In this document: one piece after another, positions 26,450-38,858 of the stretch
Position numbering within the stretch: the first letter of the stretch is position 1
How the letters are laid out: each line of letters starts with the position of its first letter
Assembly: GCA_964016885.1 (NCBI GenBank)
Contig: OZ024743.1
Span: forward strand, 176,080,001 to 176,144,000
Direction: 5' to 3'
DNA length: 64,000 bases
DNA from: Eledone cirrhosa
Lineage: Eukaryota
The notes under the pieces: model-generated
What the model saw: the letters and a program-made list of their open reading frames with translations, nothing else
Database searches by the model: none
Told to the model about the DNA's origin: nothing
Translations under genes and position numbers: made by a program

Positions 26450-26625
26450 CAAAATAGATATTCTTGTGATCAATTATGTTTTATTATACATAGTTGAGAG
26501 GTACTGAGTTAAGTTCAACAGTACATCCTCATCGGATGAGGATGTACTGTTGAACTTAACTCAGTACTTCTGAAATATGTATAATAAAATATAACTGATC
26601 ACAAGAATATCTATTTTGTTAATAT
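26443..26625. repeat. Near-perfect palindrome made from a hammerhead-bearing Penelope-like repeat
   Basis: ~90 bp arms; inner 33 bp perfect (26501-26533 / 26535-26567) with a 1-nt spacer; right arm homologous to 30740-30855. Confidence 0.85.
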
Positions 26626-26899
26626 TTTGAATTAATATTAATAACTCTGGAAAACATTTTTAACCTTGTTTTACTCTTATATATATATATATGAGTAAAA
26701 CAAGGTTCAATGAATACATCAAAGAATGAGTTTTACAATAGATTGGAAGCACTCAACAGTAATAGTGTTAAATATGGTTTTATAAATATAGTTTCCATTT
26801 GTTAATATCGTATATATATATATATATTTATATACATACATATATATATATAGGAAAATGTTCAAGACCTCGGGCAAAGTTAACACACATGCACACACA

Positions 26900-26946
<47 letters not shown>

Positions 26947-27254
26947 GTGTGTGTGTATTATCTATTTTTACACTGAACCTAATTATTCTTAATTCTTTTT
27001 AAATGAACATTTCTGGGGTTGCTATATTCTCCCAAATTCCTGTCTCACCATTTCCTCTCGTTGCTGTCATTAGGTAATACACCGAACCCACTATTACTTG
27101 ATTACTCTATGCAGGGCCATCTCACAGTTTTTGCCACCACTCTACACCATATCAGTCGAACGAAGCTAAGATGTATCACTTAGCCGAGGTTATACACATA
27201 ATCCCCTACTTTTCTCACCCTTTTGTCTCTTTTATTATTTATTGTCTTCTTTGA

Positions 27255-27395
27255 TTTCAAATCACGCCGAGGCTAGCTTTGCCTTTCATCCTTAAGGGTC
27301 GATAAAATAATGTACCAGTAACACACTGAGGTCGATATAATCGACTCCACCCCGCCCCAAAATTGTTGGCCTTATGCCTAAATCAGAAACCATTA
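27255..27395 (+). mobile_element. SINE family A partial copy
   Basis: TTCAAATCACGCCGAGGCTAGCTTTGCCTTTCATCCTTAAGGGTCGATAAAATAATGTACCAGT. Confidence 0.8.
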
Positions 27396-28379
27396 TTTAT
27401 TGTTTTCTTTCCCCCTTTTGTTATATTCCCCTCTTCATTAATTAATAAAATTTTAATATAATTTTTTAAATACTTGTCTTTTTTTAATTTTTACGAAACT
27501 ATCATTTATTTTATTTACATGAATATTTCACATAATATAAACAGGAAAAGTGCCAAAAAATTAAATGAAAAATAAGTGAGTGTGGGGTAGGGGATTTGTA
27601 CCTAGAGAGTTTCTCTCCGGGGCACAAATCTGGGCAAGGTTGTTTAAGGAAGACCAGCAGTCGCCCATACATCCCTTCTCCACGCCACCGATGATGTCCA
27701 AGGGAAAGGCAATGGCTGACACAGCTTGACACCAGTGACATCACAACTCATTTCTACAGCTGAGTAAACTGGAGCAACACTTCACCCGGTCCGAGAATCG
27801 AACTCACAACCTTCCGATTGCAATCCACTGCTCTAACCACTAAACCATGCGCCGTCACTGTTTGTGAATATATTTGTAATATGTCATTAGTTGACAGTCA
27901 CCTAATAACTGACTGACTGAATGAATAAATCCGATTCCCTTGGTTGAGGGTGCGAAAGGGAGGTATCAGATACAACCATTACCATCCCCCAGGGAAACGC
28001 CTTCTCCATCCTGTCCGCCGGGGCTGTCCGCGTATCATTTCATATTTAAGTATCTGCACTATCATATATTAAGGTGTTGTCGTTTGACCTATTGCATTGT
28101 GTGACAAATGGTTCTGTTGCTACTTGTAAATACCATATCTTGAGTCAGCAATATGGTGTTAGGTCCATATAACTATATCTATGGGCGGTGAATTGATAGA
28201 GTCGTTAGAACATCGATTAAAAGGATTTACCATATTCACTCCGGCTCTCTGTTCGCTCTGCGTTCAAATCCGGCCGAAGTTAACTTTACTTTTCATCTTC
28301 TCGACGTTGTCGAGTACCAGTCATGTACTGTCGTCAACCTTTTCCTTTACATCTCTTTCTCACTTGCTCTCTCACCTTC

Positions 28380-28720
28380 ACACAGACATGCACATACACA
28401 CACATACACACACATACACACAGATCCATACACACGCAAATACATATACACACACAAATACACACATACACACAAATACACACACATACACACACAAATA
28501 CACACACAAATACACACACAAATACACACACAAATACACACACATACACACGCAAATAATACACACACATACACACACATACACACACATATGCACACAC
28601 AAATACACACACATACACATGCAAATACATACACACACAGATACACACACATACACATGTAAATACATACACACACATACACACGAAAATACATACACAC
28701 ACATACACATACACACTCTC
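28380..28720. repeat. Imperfect (CA)n / (ATACACACACAA)n simple repeat
   Basis: Direct reading. Confidence 0.9.
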
Positions 28721-29749
28721 TCTTTCTTTGTCTGTCTATCTGTCTGTCACTCTCTCTCCCTCTCTCTCTCTCTCTCTGCCCCTACTCTCTCTTTCTTTGG
28801 AAGTAATCAATTGTGTTCAGACCTGACGAGGGGATGATCTCCGCCTGGTTTAAAATGCCCAAGACACGCTGTATATCACAACATCACCCCTATAATAGGG
28901 CCTTGTCCCTCCCACACTTTTTCAAACGTCTATATTTTTTGTTTATTTGATATAATAAATTCTTTTTAAGCATTTTTTTTATATCTGAACTTCATTTGCA
29001 TATATAAAATTTAATTAGCGTAAAATGTTACTTATATGATAGGGTCCTTTAAAGGCACCACAAGCAATTTATGCTTCTTTAAGAATCAACAAATGTTGGT
29101 TTTTGTCCCCATCACATTTAAAGGCAAACGAGGCCCCTGCCAGGAGTTACGGGTCTGTAAATACATATATCTAATTCAATACCGCCAATTTCAGCTCTCT
29201 CGACAACCTCACATTGAATTATTTACAGGAGAGTGGAGCGATATTAATAAAGAAGGCGAATAAAGCAACGAAATAGTTTAGGAAATCTAATCTTTAATTA
29301 GATATTGGAATACTCTATTTCAGCATGAGGGGGAAAAAAGGGAGCTTTCTGTTATTTTTGACGTTCATGCATGTTTTATGAAAAAAATATTTAAAATTAA
29401 ATATTGGTTTATAAGGTGTGTAAACATCCACACCTGTTACACACACGCAGGCATAGACACATAAACAAATACACACACACATGCAAATGAACACGCACAC
29501 ATACTCATAAACACATAGACAATCACACACACAGAGGCACACAAGCACACAGAGGCACACAAGCACACACACAAAAAAACGCAAACATACGCAAACGAAC
29601 ACGCACGCACATACGAACACAAACAAGCGCGCACAAGCGCAAATGAACACACACACACACACAGAGGCACACATGCACACACACAATAAACGCAAACACA
29701 CGCAAACGAACACGCACGCACACACGCGAACGAACATTCACACACCACA

Positions 29750-30262
29750 CACGCACATACAAATAAAGACACGCACACACGCACACACACACACGCAAAC
29801 AAGCGCACTCACTTGTAAGCGAACACGCACACACACACGCATACCCCAGCACACCTCCACATGCACATACAAATAAAGACACGCACACACACACACGCAT
29901 ACCCCAGCACACCTCCACACGCACATATAAATAAAGACACGCACACACACACACGCATACCCCAGCACACCTCCACACGCACACACACACACGCATACCC
30001 CAGCACACCTCCACACGCACATATAAATAAAGACACGCACACACACACACGCATACCCCAGCACACCTCCACACGCACACACACACACGCATACCCCAGC
30101 ACACCTCCACACGCACATACAAATAAAGACACGCACACGCATACCCCAGCACACCTCCACACGCACACACACACACGCATACCCCAGCACACCTCCACAC
30201 GCACATACAAATAAAGACACGCACACACACACACGCATACCCCAGCACACCTCCACACACAC
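29750..30262. repeat. CA-rich compound minisatellite
   Basis: Recurrent blocks CACGCATACCCCAGCACACCTCCACACGCAC and ATAYAAATAAAGACACGCAC. Confidence 0.9.
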
Positions 30263-30486
30263 ATATATGTAAGTGTTAGCGAGAACGGCTGTGTGTTTAG
30301 ACTGACGTATTGGCAATATTATGATGAGGTTGACTCTGCCTTTCATCCTTACGGGGTCGATCAAATAAAGTACCAGTAATACACTGGGGTAATTGCTGGC
30401 CTTGTGCCAAACGTAGAAACAATTATGATTGACATATGATTCTATATCTCTCCTCCTCTCTCCCTGGGAATATCATAAAACTTGCT

Positions 30487-30519
<33 letters not shown>

Positions 30520-30571
30520 GTATATATATATAATTCAAAATATTAATAAATATAGACATTCATGTAATCAA

Positions 30572-30643
30572 ATATATTTTATTATATATATTTCGGAGGT
30601 ACTGTGCTGTTTCCTGAGTACGTCCTCATCAGTTAAAATATAT
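30572..30643 (-). ncRNA. Minimal type I hammerhead ribozyme motif (inverted copy)
   Basis: Reverse complement: ATATATTTTAA-CTGATGA-GGACGTACTC...CAGTACCTCC-GAAA-TATATA-TA-ATAAAATATAT. Confidence 0.7.
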
Positions 30644-30725
30644 AAATTGATGTATGACATACCTCAGTCTTCCCAAGATTGGGATTGAACCATCAGCACA
30701 GCTGAGGTATGTCACACATCAATTT

Positions 30726-30797
30726 ATATATTTTATCTGATGAGGACGTACTGAGGAAACAGCACAGTACCTCCGAAATATATATAATAAAATATAT
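30726..30797 (+). ncRNA. Minimal type I hammerhead ribozyme motif
   Basis: Stem I ATATATTTTAT/ATAAAATATAT (11 bp perfect); CTGATGA; stem II GGA.GTACTG/CAGTAC.TCC; GAAA; palindromic helix III (TATATA); AUA triplet ending at 30786. Confidence 0.8.
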
Positions 30798-31099
30798 TTG
30801 ATTACATGAATGTCTATATTTATTAATATTTTGAATTAATAATAACTCCAGAAAACTTCATTGTTGAGTGCTTCTAATCTATTGTAAAACTATATTCATT
30901 GACTAATCAATGAACCTTGTTTAACTTTTGGTCATATCATTGATATATATATATATATATACATTTATTATGGCTATTGGTGATCTTTGTTACTCTAAAC
31001 TTTCCCCTGAGTACTCATAGTATCACCAGTCTTGTATGATGATCCACCAAATTTTTGTTATCCCCATGTCTATCACACAAAACTCTCTTTTATTCCACC

Positions 31100-31950
31100 T
31101 CTCTGTATCTACTAAAACCAAACTCTACCCTCTACCACGAAATCACCTCTCTTATACACTCACCACTCTACACTCACCACTCCAATACACTCACCACTCT
31201 CTATATCTACTACACGGCACTCTCTCATTATCCCTCTCTCTATAACTACACCACCTCTCATCCCCCTCTATATTTAACACTAATACACTCACTCTTCTCT
31301 ACACTTATCTCTCACAATTCCCGTCTCTATCAATTAGCACCAAACTCTGCCCTTCTCTATATCTACTACCACACTCTCTCTCCCAATTCTCCTCTCTATA
31401 TCAATAAACATCAATGTCCCCCCCCCCTCTCTCTATATCTACCATACGACACCCTCACACATTCCCATTCACTCTATCCATTACTACCAAACACTCCCCC
31501 TCTCTATATCAATCCATACATATCTCCATCAATTCTCTCACTCTATTCATTACCACCAAACTCTTCCCCTCTCGACATCAGCCATACACCACTCACTCAC
31601 AATCACCCTCTCTATATCAATTAACACCAAACTCTCCTCCTCCGTATATCTACTACACGGAACCCTCTTCCAATCCCCCTCAATTACCACCAAACTATCT
31701 CCCTCTCTATATCTACCATACAACACTCTCTCTCATTCCCTCCCACTCTATGCATTACTTCCAAACTCTCCCCTCTCTACCTCAACCATACAACACTCTC
31801 TCCCAACCCTATATCAATTTACATCAAATTCTCCCCTCTCTATAATCAATTAGCACTAAACTCTCCCCTCTCTATATCTACTAGACGGAGCTCTTTTTCA
31901 ATCCCTCTTTATATATAATTTAACACCCCCCCCCTCTCTATATCTACATG
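31100..31950. repeat. Diverged C/T-rich minisatellite
   Basis: Recurrent imperfect motif ATCAATTAACACCAAACTCTCCCCTCTCTATATCTACTAC. Confidence 0.75.
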
Positions 31951-32618
31951 TACATAAATTGTAGCGCATATACAAATAGATGTGTGCTTTGGTAGTTTGT
32001 AGAGAAAAATCTAACTATTATTGGGTATATATGCAGTTTCCGTCCAACAAATTCTGTTCATAAGACCTTCGTCAACCCGTGGTTATAGTAGAAGACACTG
32101 CCTAAGTTTCCACGAAGCGAAACTGAACACAGAAACAACCATTTTCCAAGCGATCTATTTGCATGTGTGTGTAAACACATGGGCATATAAACATATACAT
32201 GTTACATATATGCCAATATATAAGTGGCATAATATGGTGTAACTTAGAAATACACACATGCATATAAAGATTTATGTGTGTATATATATGTATATAAAAT
32301 ACATCTCTCACACATGGGTGGGAGATCTCCCCGTCCGAGGGGGAGAGTTGACAGGTCTGACGTAGCGTGTTTGAATGGTTGACATGTAAATCCCCATATC
32401 TTAGGTTCGATCCCACTGCGGGGATTCTTCGGCAAGTGACATTTACCATAGCCTTCATTCAATTTATGCCTTGTGCTTGGAACTGGGTAGATGGAAATTG
32501 TCTACAAATCCACCCGATGGACTATACCTGTAATTGAAAGGGTCAGTCTATGTGGTCTTCCGAATATTGTAAACTATAGTAACCAAATCTTCGTCATATC
32601 ACATTCTACTGTCTTTAA

Positions 32619-32856
32619 CCCTTACATGACTACATTTCAAATGAAATACACCGTATTTTAATTAATTAATGAAGAATTGGTAGGAGGGGGGGATTACTAA
32701 AATTATTAATTATTTCATTACTAAGATAGTAACTCAATGTAAGGTTCTTATATAAAATTATGTTGGATGATTTTAATTTAAATAGGAGGCCTTTAAAAAG
32801 GTTGGTTTTCTTTTGTAGAACCAGGGCCGATTTTGGCCATGATGGTAACTAAAAGG
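32619..32856. mobile_element. Degenerate piggyBac-like MITE
   Basis: TTAA|CCCTTACATGACTAC ... GGTAACTAAAAGG|TTAC: imperfect terminal inverted repeats with a TTAA-like target site. Confidence 0.45.
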
Positions 32857-33099
32857 TTACAATAAATGAACACATCAAATACTCAGGTCCTGGTTTGCCC
32901 AGGCAGAGGAAGTCGTCGGCACTGTCATGGATGTGATTCCTTTGCTCATAGATCTGCTCCGTCTCTGGTTATTTGTGTCTGACCAACAACAATAATAACT
33001 TCAGAAAACACACCTATCATTTATACACATCCTTCCGCACCATACCCTCCTCTACACATATAGACATGTAATTCTCCATACACCTCTCCAACAAATATA

Positions 33100-33830
33100 G
33101 ATATGTAAATCATCATACAGTGAACATCTGGAGAAGATTGGTGAAAGCTGTATGCCATTGTTCACAATTTCGACCATATCTCGCATTTGTATCTCGTGTT
33201 AAAACTTTTCACCTCTGGAAAGCATCCGTATCTTCGTGTCAAGTTGTCCTATTGCGATTTATAATGATAGGCTTTCTTTGATCTGCACTATATCATTCAT
33301 ATTTTGCCTCTAAGTTCGTTTCTGCGCTCCTCATTATTCCAAGCATACGTCAAGTATTTACTTTCCATCACGTTCAACAACATACACCTTTATGCAGATT
33401 CATGCCTGATCTTTCACGCCCATATGTCAGCCACGTTTAACCTAGGCATGCACTAACCCGTAAACATAGACCTTGAAAACATACAACAATGGGGTGATGC
33501 TAATCCTGCCTACTTTAATTGCAATAAAACGACAACCAAAGCCCAAGTAGTGTATATATGATAAAAACATCATAGAACTTCACCACTTCCCACTTAAATA
33601 TAAGCAGCATAAAACTAATACCCTTTCTATGTTGTACCTTAACCATAATACCATTGAGAATCCCCTCTGATTAAAGCAGAATCTTAACATAGATTGTTTC
33701 ATAGTCTCCAACAATTACTAACCCGCTAAAATGTTCAGGTGAGACCCACAATGGTGTACTGCCTCAACATATGGGACGTTGCTGCTGTTAAAATATATGC
33801 TGTTAAAATGCAGCGTTCAAAGGAAGACCT
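33100..33830 (+). mobile_element. Highly decayed CR1/L2-group LINE RT fragment
   Basis: Pieces LLSITFNNIHLYADS (YADD region) and VRPTMVYCLNIW (resembles IRP.MEYCS.IW) in the expected order. Confidence 0.5.
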
Positions 33831-33908
33831 ACAAACCTGTCCCCCACTCTCTCTCTCTGTCTATTCGTTTGTCTGTCCCTCAGTCTGTCTGTCTGTCTCT
33901 CTCTCTCG

Positions 33909-33948
<40 letters not shown>

Positions 33949-34023
33949 TTAGGTTTGTTGGTTCCCTTCTGTCTCTGATTTTTCGGACCCATGGCTTTTT
34001 ACATATTCCTTTGTTATATTCCA

Positions 34024-34081
34024 ATACCTGATGATATCACCGGATTCATATGGAACCCGGTCATTGAAATGATGATAGTAT
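34024..34081 (+). ncRNA. Degenerate hammerhead-like motif between two (TA)n tracts
   Basis: ATAC-CTGATGA-...ACCGGATTC/GAACCCGGT...-GAAA-TGATGA-TA-GTAT; base of stem II and helix III are mismatched. Confidence 0.4.
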
Positions 34082-34130
34082 ATTAAACCTTTCAAGGATT
34101 TACACCAGTCCAGCCTCCTGTTATTTCATT

Positions 34131-34239
<109 letters not shown>

Positions 34240-35229
34240 ATATAATTGACAGCTCACGTACTATATCTATCCAAATAATTTCGACACTGTCGTCTGTCCT
34301 TCTTTCATCACTCATTGGTGTTCAAACATTAAGGCCCCTTAATCATTACCACATTCAATCCCTCTTTCCCAGAATGTTTGCTATCTCGAATCCCCCCCCC
34401 CCCCCTGCACATGTCTTTAAAATATATCTAGAACTACATAACATCTAACATGTCTTTCTCCTTTATAAAATAATGAGTGGTATGAGAGGTGAGGGAGATC
34501 GTGTTACCATTCATAGCTAGTCAAATAACCATTTATATCAGTAATTCGCAAAAGTTTTGTCAACAGAGTTATTTGTGAACTGCGAGATGTAGCTAGGTTT
34601 AGAAGAAAATTATTAGAAATATATTTTTAAAGTGTAAAATATACAAACTGATATCTTAAGTCTAGATATAATCTTTATATCAGAATCATTTATGGAATGA
34701 TATTGTGTACTTAAAAAAAGATTTATAGGCTAAAAAATATTTTTATTCTTTTACTGGTTTTAGTCATTAGACAGTGGCCAAGCTAGAACAGTGTCTTAAA
34801 AGAATTTAATCGATCATATTGACATTTGTAGTTCATATTTTCAGGTTTGATGCTTGTTTTGTCGATCACTTTTTGTCGTATCGCTAAATTAGGGGTCATA
34901 GACAAAACGTAAAAGTAAGCACAGACATACATATTCAGACACAAAGAAAGAAAGAAACAAGCACTATATATATATACGATGGGTTTCTTCAGTTTCCGAC
35001 TACCTACTTAATTTGACTCACAAGGTAGAGAGCCCTAACTGAGGCTATATAGTAGAAATTTGTCCTAAACACCACAGATAACACACACACACACAAAGAA
35101 TGAGACTAAGTGAAAAGTACAAAGTTTAAAGGAAAAATGAACTAAATATTAAATAAGCAATAAAAAAATTAACGAAACATTTTTTAAATGGACGTAGAAA
35201 TACATATACCGTAATAAATATAACACAAG

Positions 35230-35271
35230 AACTACTACTACTACTACTACTAACTACTACTACTGCTACTA

Positions 35272-35315
<44 letters not shown>
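35230..35315. repeat. (ACT)n microsatellite
   Basis: Direct reading. Confidence 0.95.
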
Positions 35316-35667
35316 GCCAACGGTAACAACAGAAACAAGACCTAACCAAGAAAAAGCCAATTCTTTTGTTGCCGTGTCAATGACAAGAAAGTATAGCAAT
35401 AAAACTAAAAATACACGACAATACAAAACAGAATTAATCAATCATGGAAGTGAAATCGAACACAAAAGAGAGAAGATGTGGGAAGGGTGGGTTAGAACAG
35501 AGTGGTGAAATGGCGTAGATTTTGTTCTGGCTGATCGGTGGATTTGCTAATATGCAGATCTGACTGATCAGCCAGTCTGCTAATATGCAAATCAGTCCAG
35601 TCAGTCACTATATTTTAGAAAATATCATATATTTTCACTAGCTCTGACAGTTGGCAGGTGAAGAGTG

Positions 35668-35715
35668 AACTGTACTGATGAAGGGTGATACCCAGAAACA
35701 TTCGTGACTGCAGTT
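35668..35715 (+). ncRNA. Degenerate hammerhead-like motif
   Basis: Stem I AACTGTA/TGCAGTT; CTGATGA; stem II GGGT-GAT-ACCC; GAAA; CA-TTCG-TG; the conserved U16.1 position is A. Confidence 0.45.
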
Positions 35716-35874
35716 TTGTTTACATGCCAACACAAGAGCAAGAATGAGAGGATCATTCTACTGACATGGCTTTAAAAATAAGGCTTGTTTGCATAATTGC
35801 AAACGAATCGAATATTATTATTAATATTCGAAAAACTCAGATTACATTTATATATAGATAGATAGAGAAATAGA

Positions 35875-36138
35875 TAGTATAAACAAAGTTTCATACACTT
35901 AACATGTATGTGCTACCAATTGTTTCGGGGTCCAGTCATGGCCAGCACTGTGTAATGGAGGCGGCACTTTTAATTCAGGCACGTGGACAAAAATATGAAA
36001 AAAGAAATATATATTTTCTTCCACGTGCCTGAATGAAAGGCCAGTTTAAAAGTACCTCCTCCATTATACAGTGGTGGCCAAAACTGGACCCTGAAAAAAT
36101 TGGTAGCACATAAAGTGTATGAAACTTTGTTTATACTA
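35875..36138. mobile_element. Fold-back MITE (Tc1/mariner-like, TA-flanked)
   Basis: TA|GTATAAACAAAGTTTCATACACTT ... AAGTGTATGAAACTTTGTTTATAC|TA; arms pair imperfectly for ~120 bp almost to the centre. Confidence 0.8.
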
Positions 36139-36606
36139 AATAAGCTCTCTTCAAACAGATCGAGTAATGCTTTGTTTGATATTTCAGGAAATTGGGATAA
36201 CTCCGATATAAAAACTGCGGCTCAGTAGTTACCGATGATGTTGATCTTTTCTTCTTTTCGGGTTATAGCTACTGTCGCTCAGAGAGTGGGATTGGCTCAG
36301 TGCACAGTCTTTCCTCACTTTAAAAAAAATCTTCACGTACAGGCGTTGCACGATATCATTAGTTGATAATTATTAATAATGTTATATCGTGCAATGGCCA
36401 TACTCGATAACGAGGGGGCAGCCATCATATATATATATATGTGTCTGTATGTGTATGTGTGTGTAATGGCATGTATATGTATGTGTGTCGGGTACAATCG
36501 GGGATAACCACAGTTAGTAAGGTACTCAATGCTCTACAGGACTAGAAGTGTTTCATTCAAAAGAAATCATCAGGAAAGCCTGATGTTTGTATGAACGTAT
36601 GTATGT

Positions 36607-37578
36607 TTTTCTGGTTTTAGAGTTTTATAAATTTTTACCAATAGAGAGAGAGAGTCGTTTTTTAACATAGATACAAGACTCTCATTGGAATTTAGGAAGA
36701 TATGTATGCATATCTGCATACATGTGTGTACAGGTATGCATGTTAATGTATGTGTGGATATGTATGTTTTGAACTATATGTGTGCATGTGCATATGCTTT
36801 GTATCTATATATGTGTATATGCAGTTATTAGATGCAGAATTTTTGGAATGTTTTACATAATTTTACTGTTCCATTAATGGATTGTACTTGTAATTTCCTA
36901 ACTAGTGTTCTTTCTGTTCCTGTGAAGCCTAGCTTCTCAAGATTTGCACTGAGGCTGTTACTAACATATCCCAGTATCCCAATAATCAAACACAAGTATA
37001 AATCTGAAGGTATAGTCAGGGTGGAGTATCTGCAAATTTCTCATTAGTTCTGCATAGATATTCTCCTTTTCACTAATCTTTGATATTACATTGGCATCTG
37101 CTGGGCAGCTAATTTCCACTACAGTGCATGCCTTCTTTTCCCTGTCCCATATCATTATATCTGGTCTGTTATGCCTGCATTTTATTGGGGTTTTTACTGG
37201 AACTTTCTACCAGTGCTCTTTTATATTATGTATGTATATGTCTTCCACATTGCTGTAGCTTTTAATGTGTTCATTGTCGGGGCTATCTTTTCTACGGATT
37301 GCATTGAACAGTGTCTCATAGGTAGATAGTACCGTGATGACATCTTCGGACTGCTGCTCATGACATGGGTGACATCTTGGATGTTAATTCTGCAGAGTCT
37401 GCATTTGTTGCCACATCTATGTGTTTTGCCTGCATCCCTATCTCTTTTGTGAATCAGGTATTTTGTGTTGATTCCCTGTTCTTGGATTGCAAAAGTATAT
37501 CCTTCAAAGTGGGAGCCAATATAGCGGTTGTTTGATCCAAGATAGACTAGTTTGCTTATCTATATTACTCTCATATGA
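36607..37578 (-). mobile_element. R4/Dong-like (RLE-type) non-LTR retrotransposon 3' fragment
   Basis: Minus-strand pieces IDKQTSLSW / FEGYTFAIQEQGINTKY / KCRLCRINIQDVTHV / HNRPDIMIWDREKKACTVVEISCP (PD..D endonuclease motif) / LQVQSINGTVKLCKTFQKFCI* with stop at 36828-36830. Confidence 0.8.
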
Positions 37579-38170
37579 TTGTATGTATGTAAGTATGTAT
37601 GTATGTATGTACGTATGTTTGTATGGGTGCATGTAATGTATATATCTATGCGTATATGTAGGTGTGTGCATGTATATATGGCATGTATGATCGTAGATAT
37701 GTATGTATAAGTATGTATATAAGAAATGGGCGTATGCCGTAGTGACAATATTATCTATACTAGAGATATTAAAATTCCAAAGAATATTACTGACATAACT
37801 ACTAAACACGGCTCCACTCCCAAATACCAAACTAAAATTAATGCTAAAATTAATGTATAGTACTTTACTGATATATCAATGAAGAAGTTAACGAGTACTA
37901 CCTATTTCTCTGTTTACTGTATAACGGCGTATGAATGGGACGATGATGTACCAACTATAAACAAGGTCTTCTTAGATATGGAAGCTTCGAATAGATTCAA
38001 CAAGAGAAACGTTTAGCGGCTTTATCGCTGTCCTCGTTATTCACATTTTTTCCTTCATATTTCTGCATCTTTTCTTTTCTGTTTCCTTCTTTTTCTCTCT
38101 GTCTTTTGTTATTAATTTTTTTTATATTGAAGAAATATATTATTTGAATGCTTGAAATAACAAGAAAAGA

Positions 38171-38208
38171 GTCGTAACGTTTCGGACACTAGTCCTTCAT
38201 CAGAAGAC
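38171..38208 (-). ncRNA. Minimal hammerhead-like motif
   Basis: Reverse complement GTCTT-CTGATGA-A-GGAC-TAGT-GTCC-GAAA-CG-TT-ACGAC; 4-bp stem II, palindromic AACGTT helix III, stem I 4 of 5 paired. Confidence 0.55.
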
Positions 38209-38800
38209 AGAATTAGAAATAAAAGATAAAATAGATAGATATAGAGTGAGAAGAGGATATTTTTTTACATGGGGTACTAGACACGTCTCTTTGTCTGTCA
38301 AGGATTACTAGCTCTATACGGACGTTTAAACTGATTATATAAATAGTAAATAAAGTACAACCGTGCAACGAAAGACTCCTACTTTTGCCTCTCATTACCT
38401 TGATCCTGAGATTAAGACGTGATTAGTACGGTTGGAGGGAGGTCTTGAAGTAGTGGATGATAGCATTTATAAATACACACGTAGTTATATAAGTTTTCGT
38501 TGCCTCCCTCTCAATTTTAGTTCGCCACCCTAGGCTCATGAGAGTCATTCCCGGTGGAATTTTAGGCTGTTCCAGTCCACTCAGTTGACTACAAAATGTG
38601 CTCCGTATGTTGTTAAAAAGGGCCAGCACGTTTTGTAATGAGCAGCTGAAATATTCGTCGTCGGAACAGACGGAGACCCAACATACACACACAACCACCC
38701 ACATATACTTGCACACACACACATACACACACATATATATATATAAATATATATACAAAGAAGGTCAGAGAGTAAATGAAACATGAAACGAAAGAGATGT

Positions 38801-38858
<58 letters not shown>

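Noticed and set aside
28181-30364. Numerous Cys/Val- or His/Thr-rich ORFs
   Set aside because: Translations of (CA)n/(TG)n simple repeats
36531-36585. Minus-strand CTGATGA...GAAAC motif, with a related copy at 40530-40585
   Set aside because: Stem I cannot be formed adjacent to the core and the second copy lacks the full CTGATGA; may be a decayed relic but is not supportable
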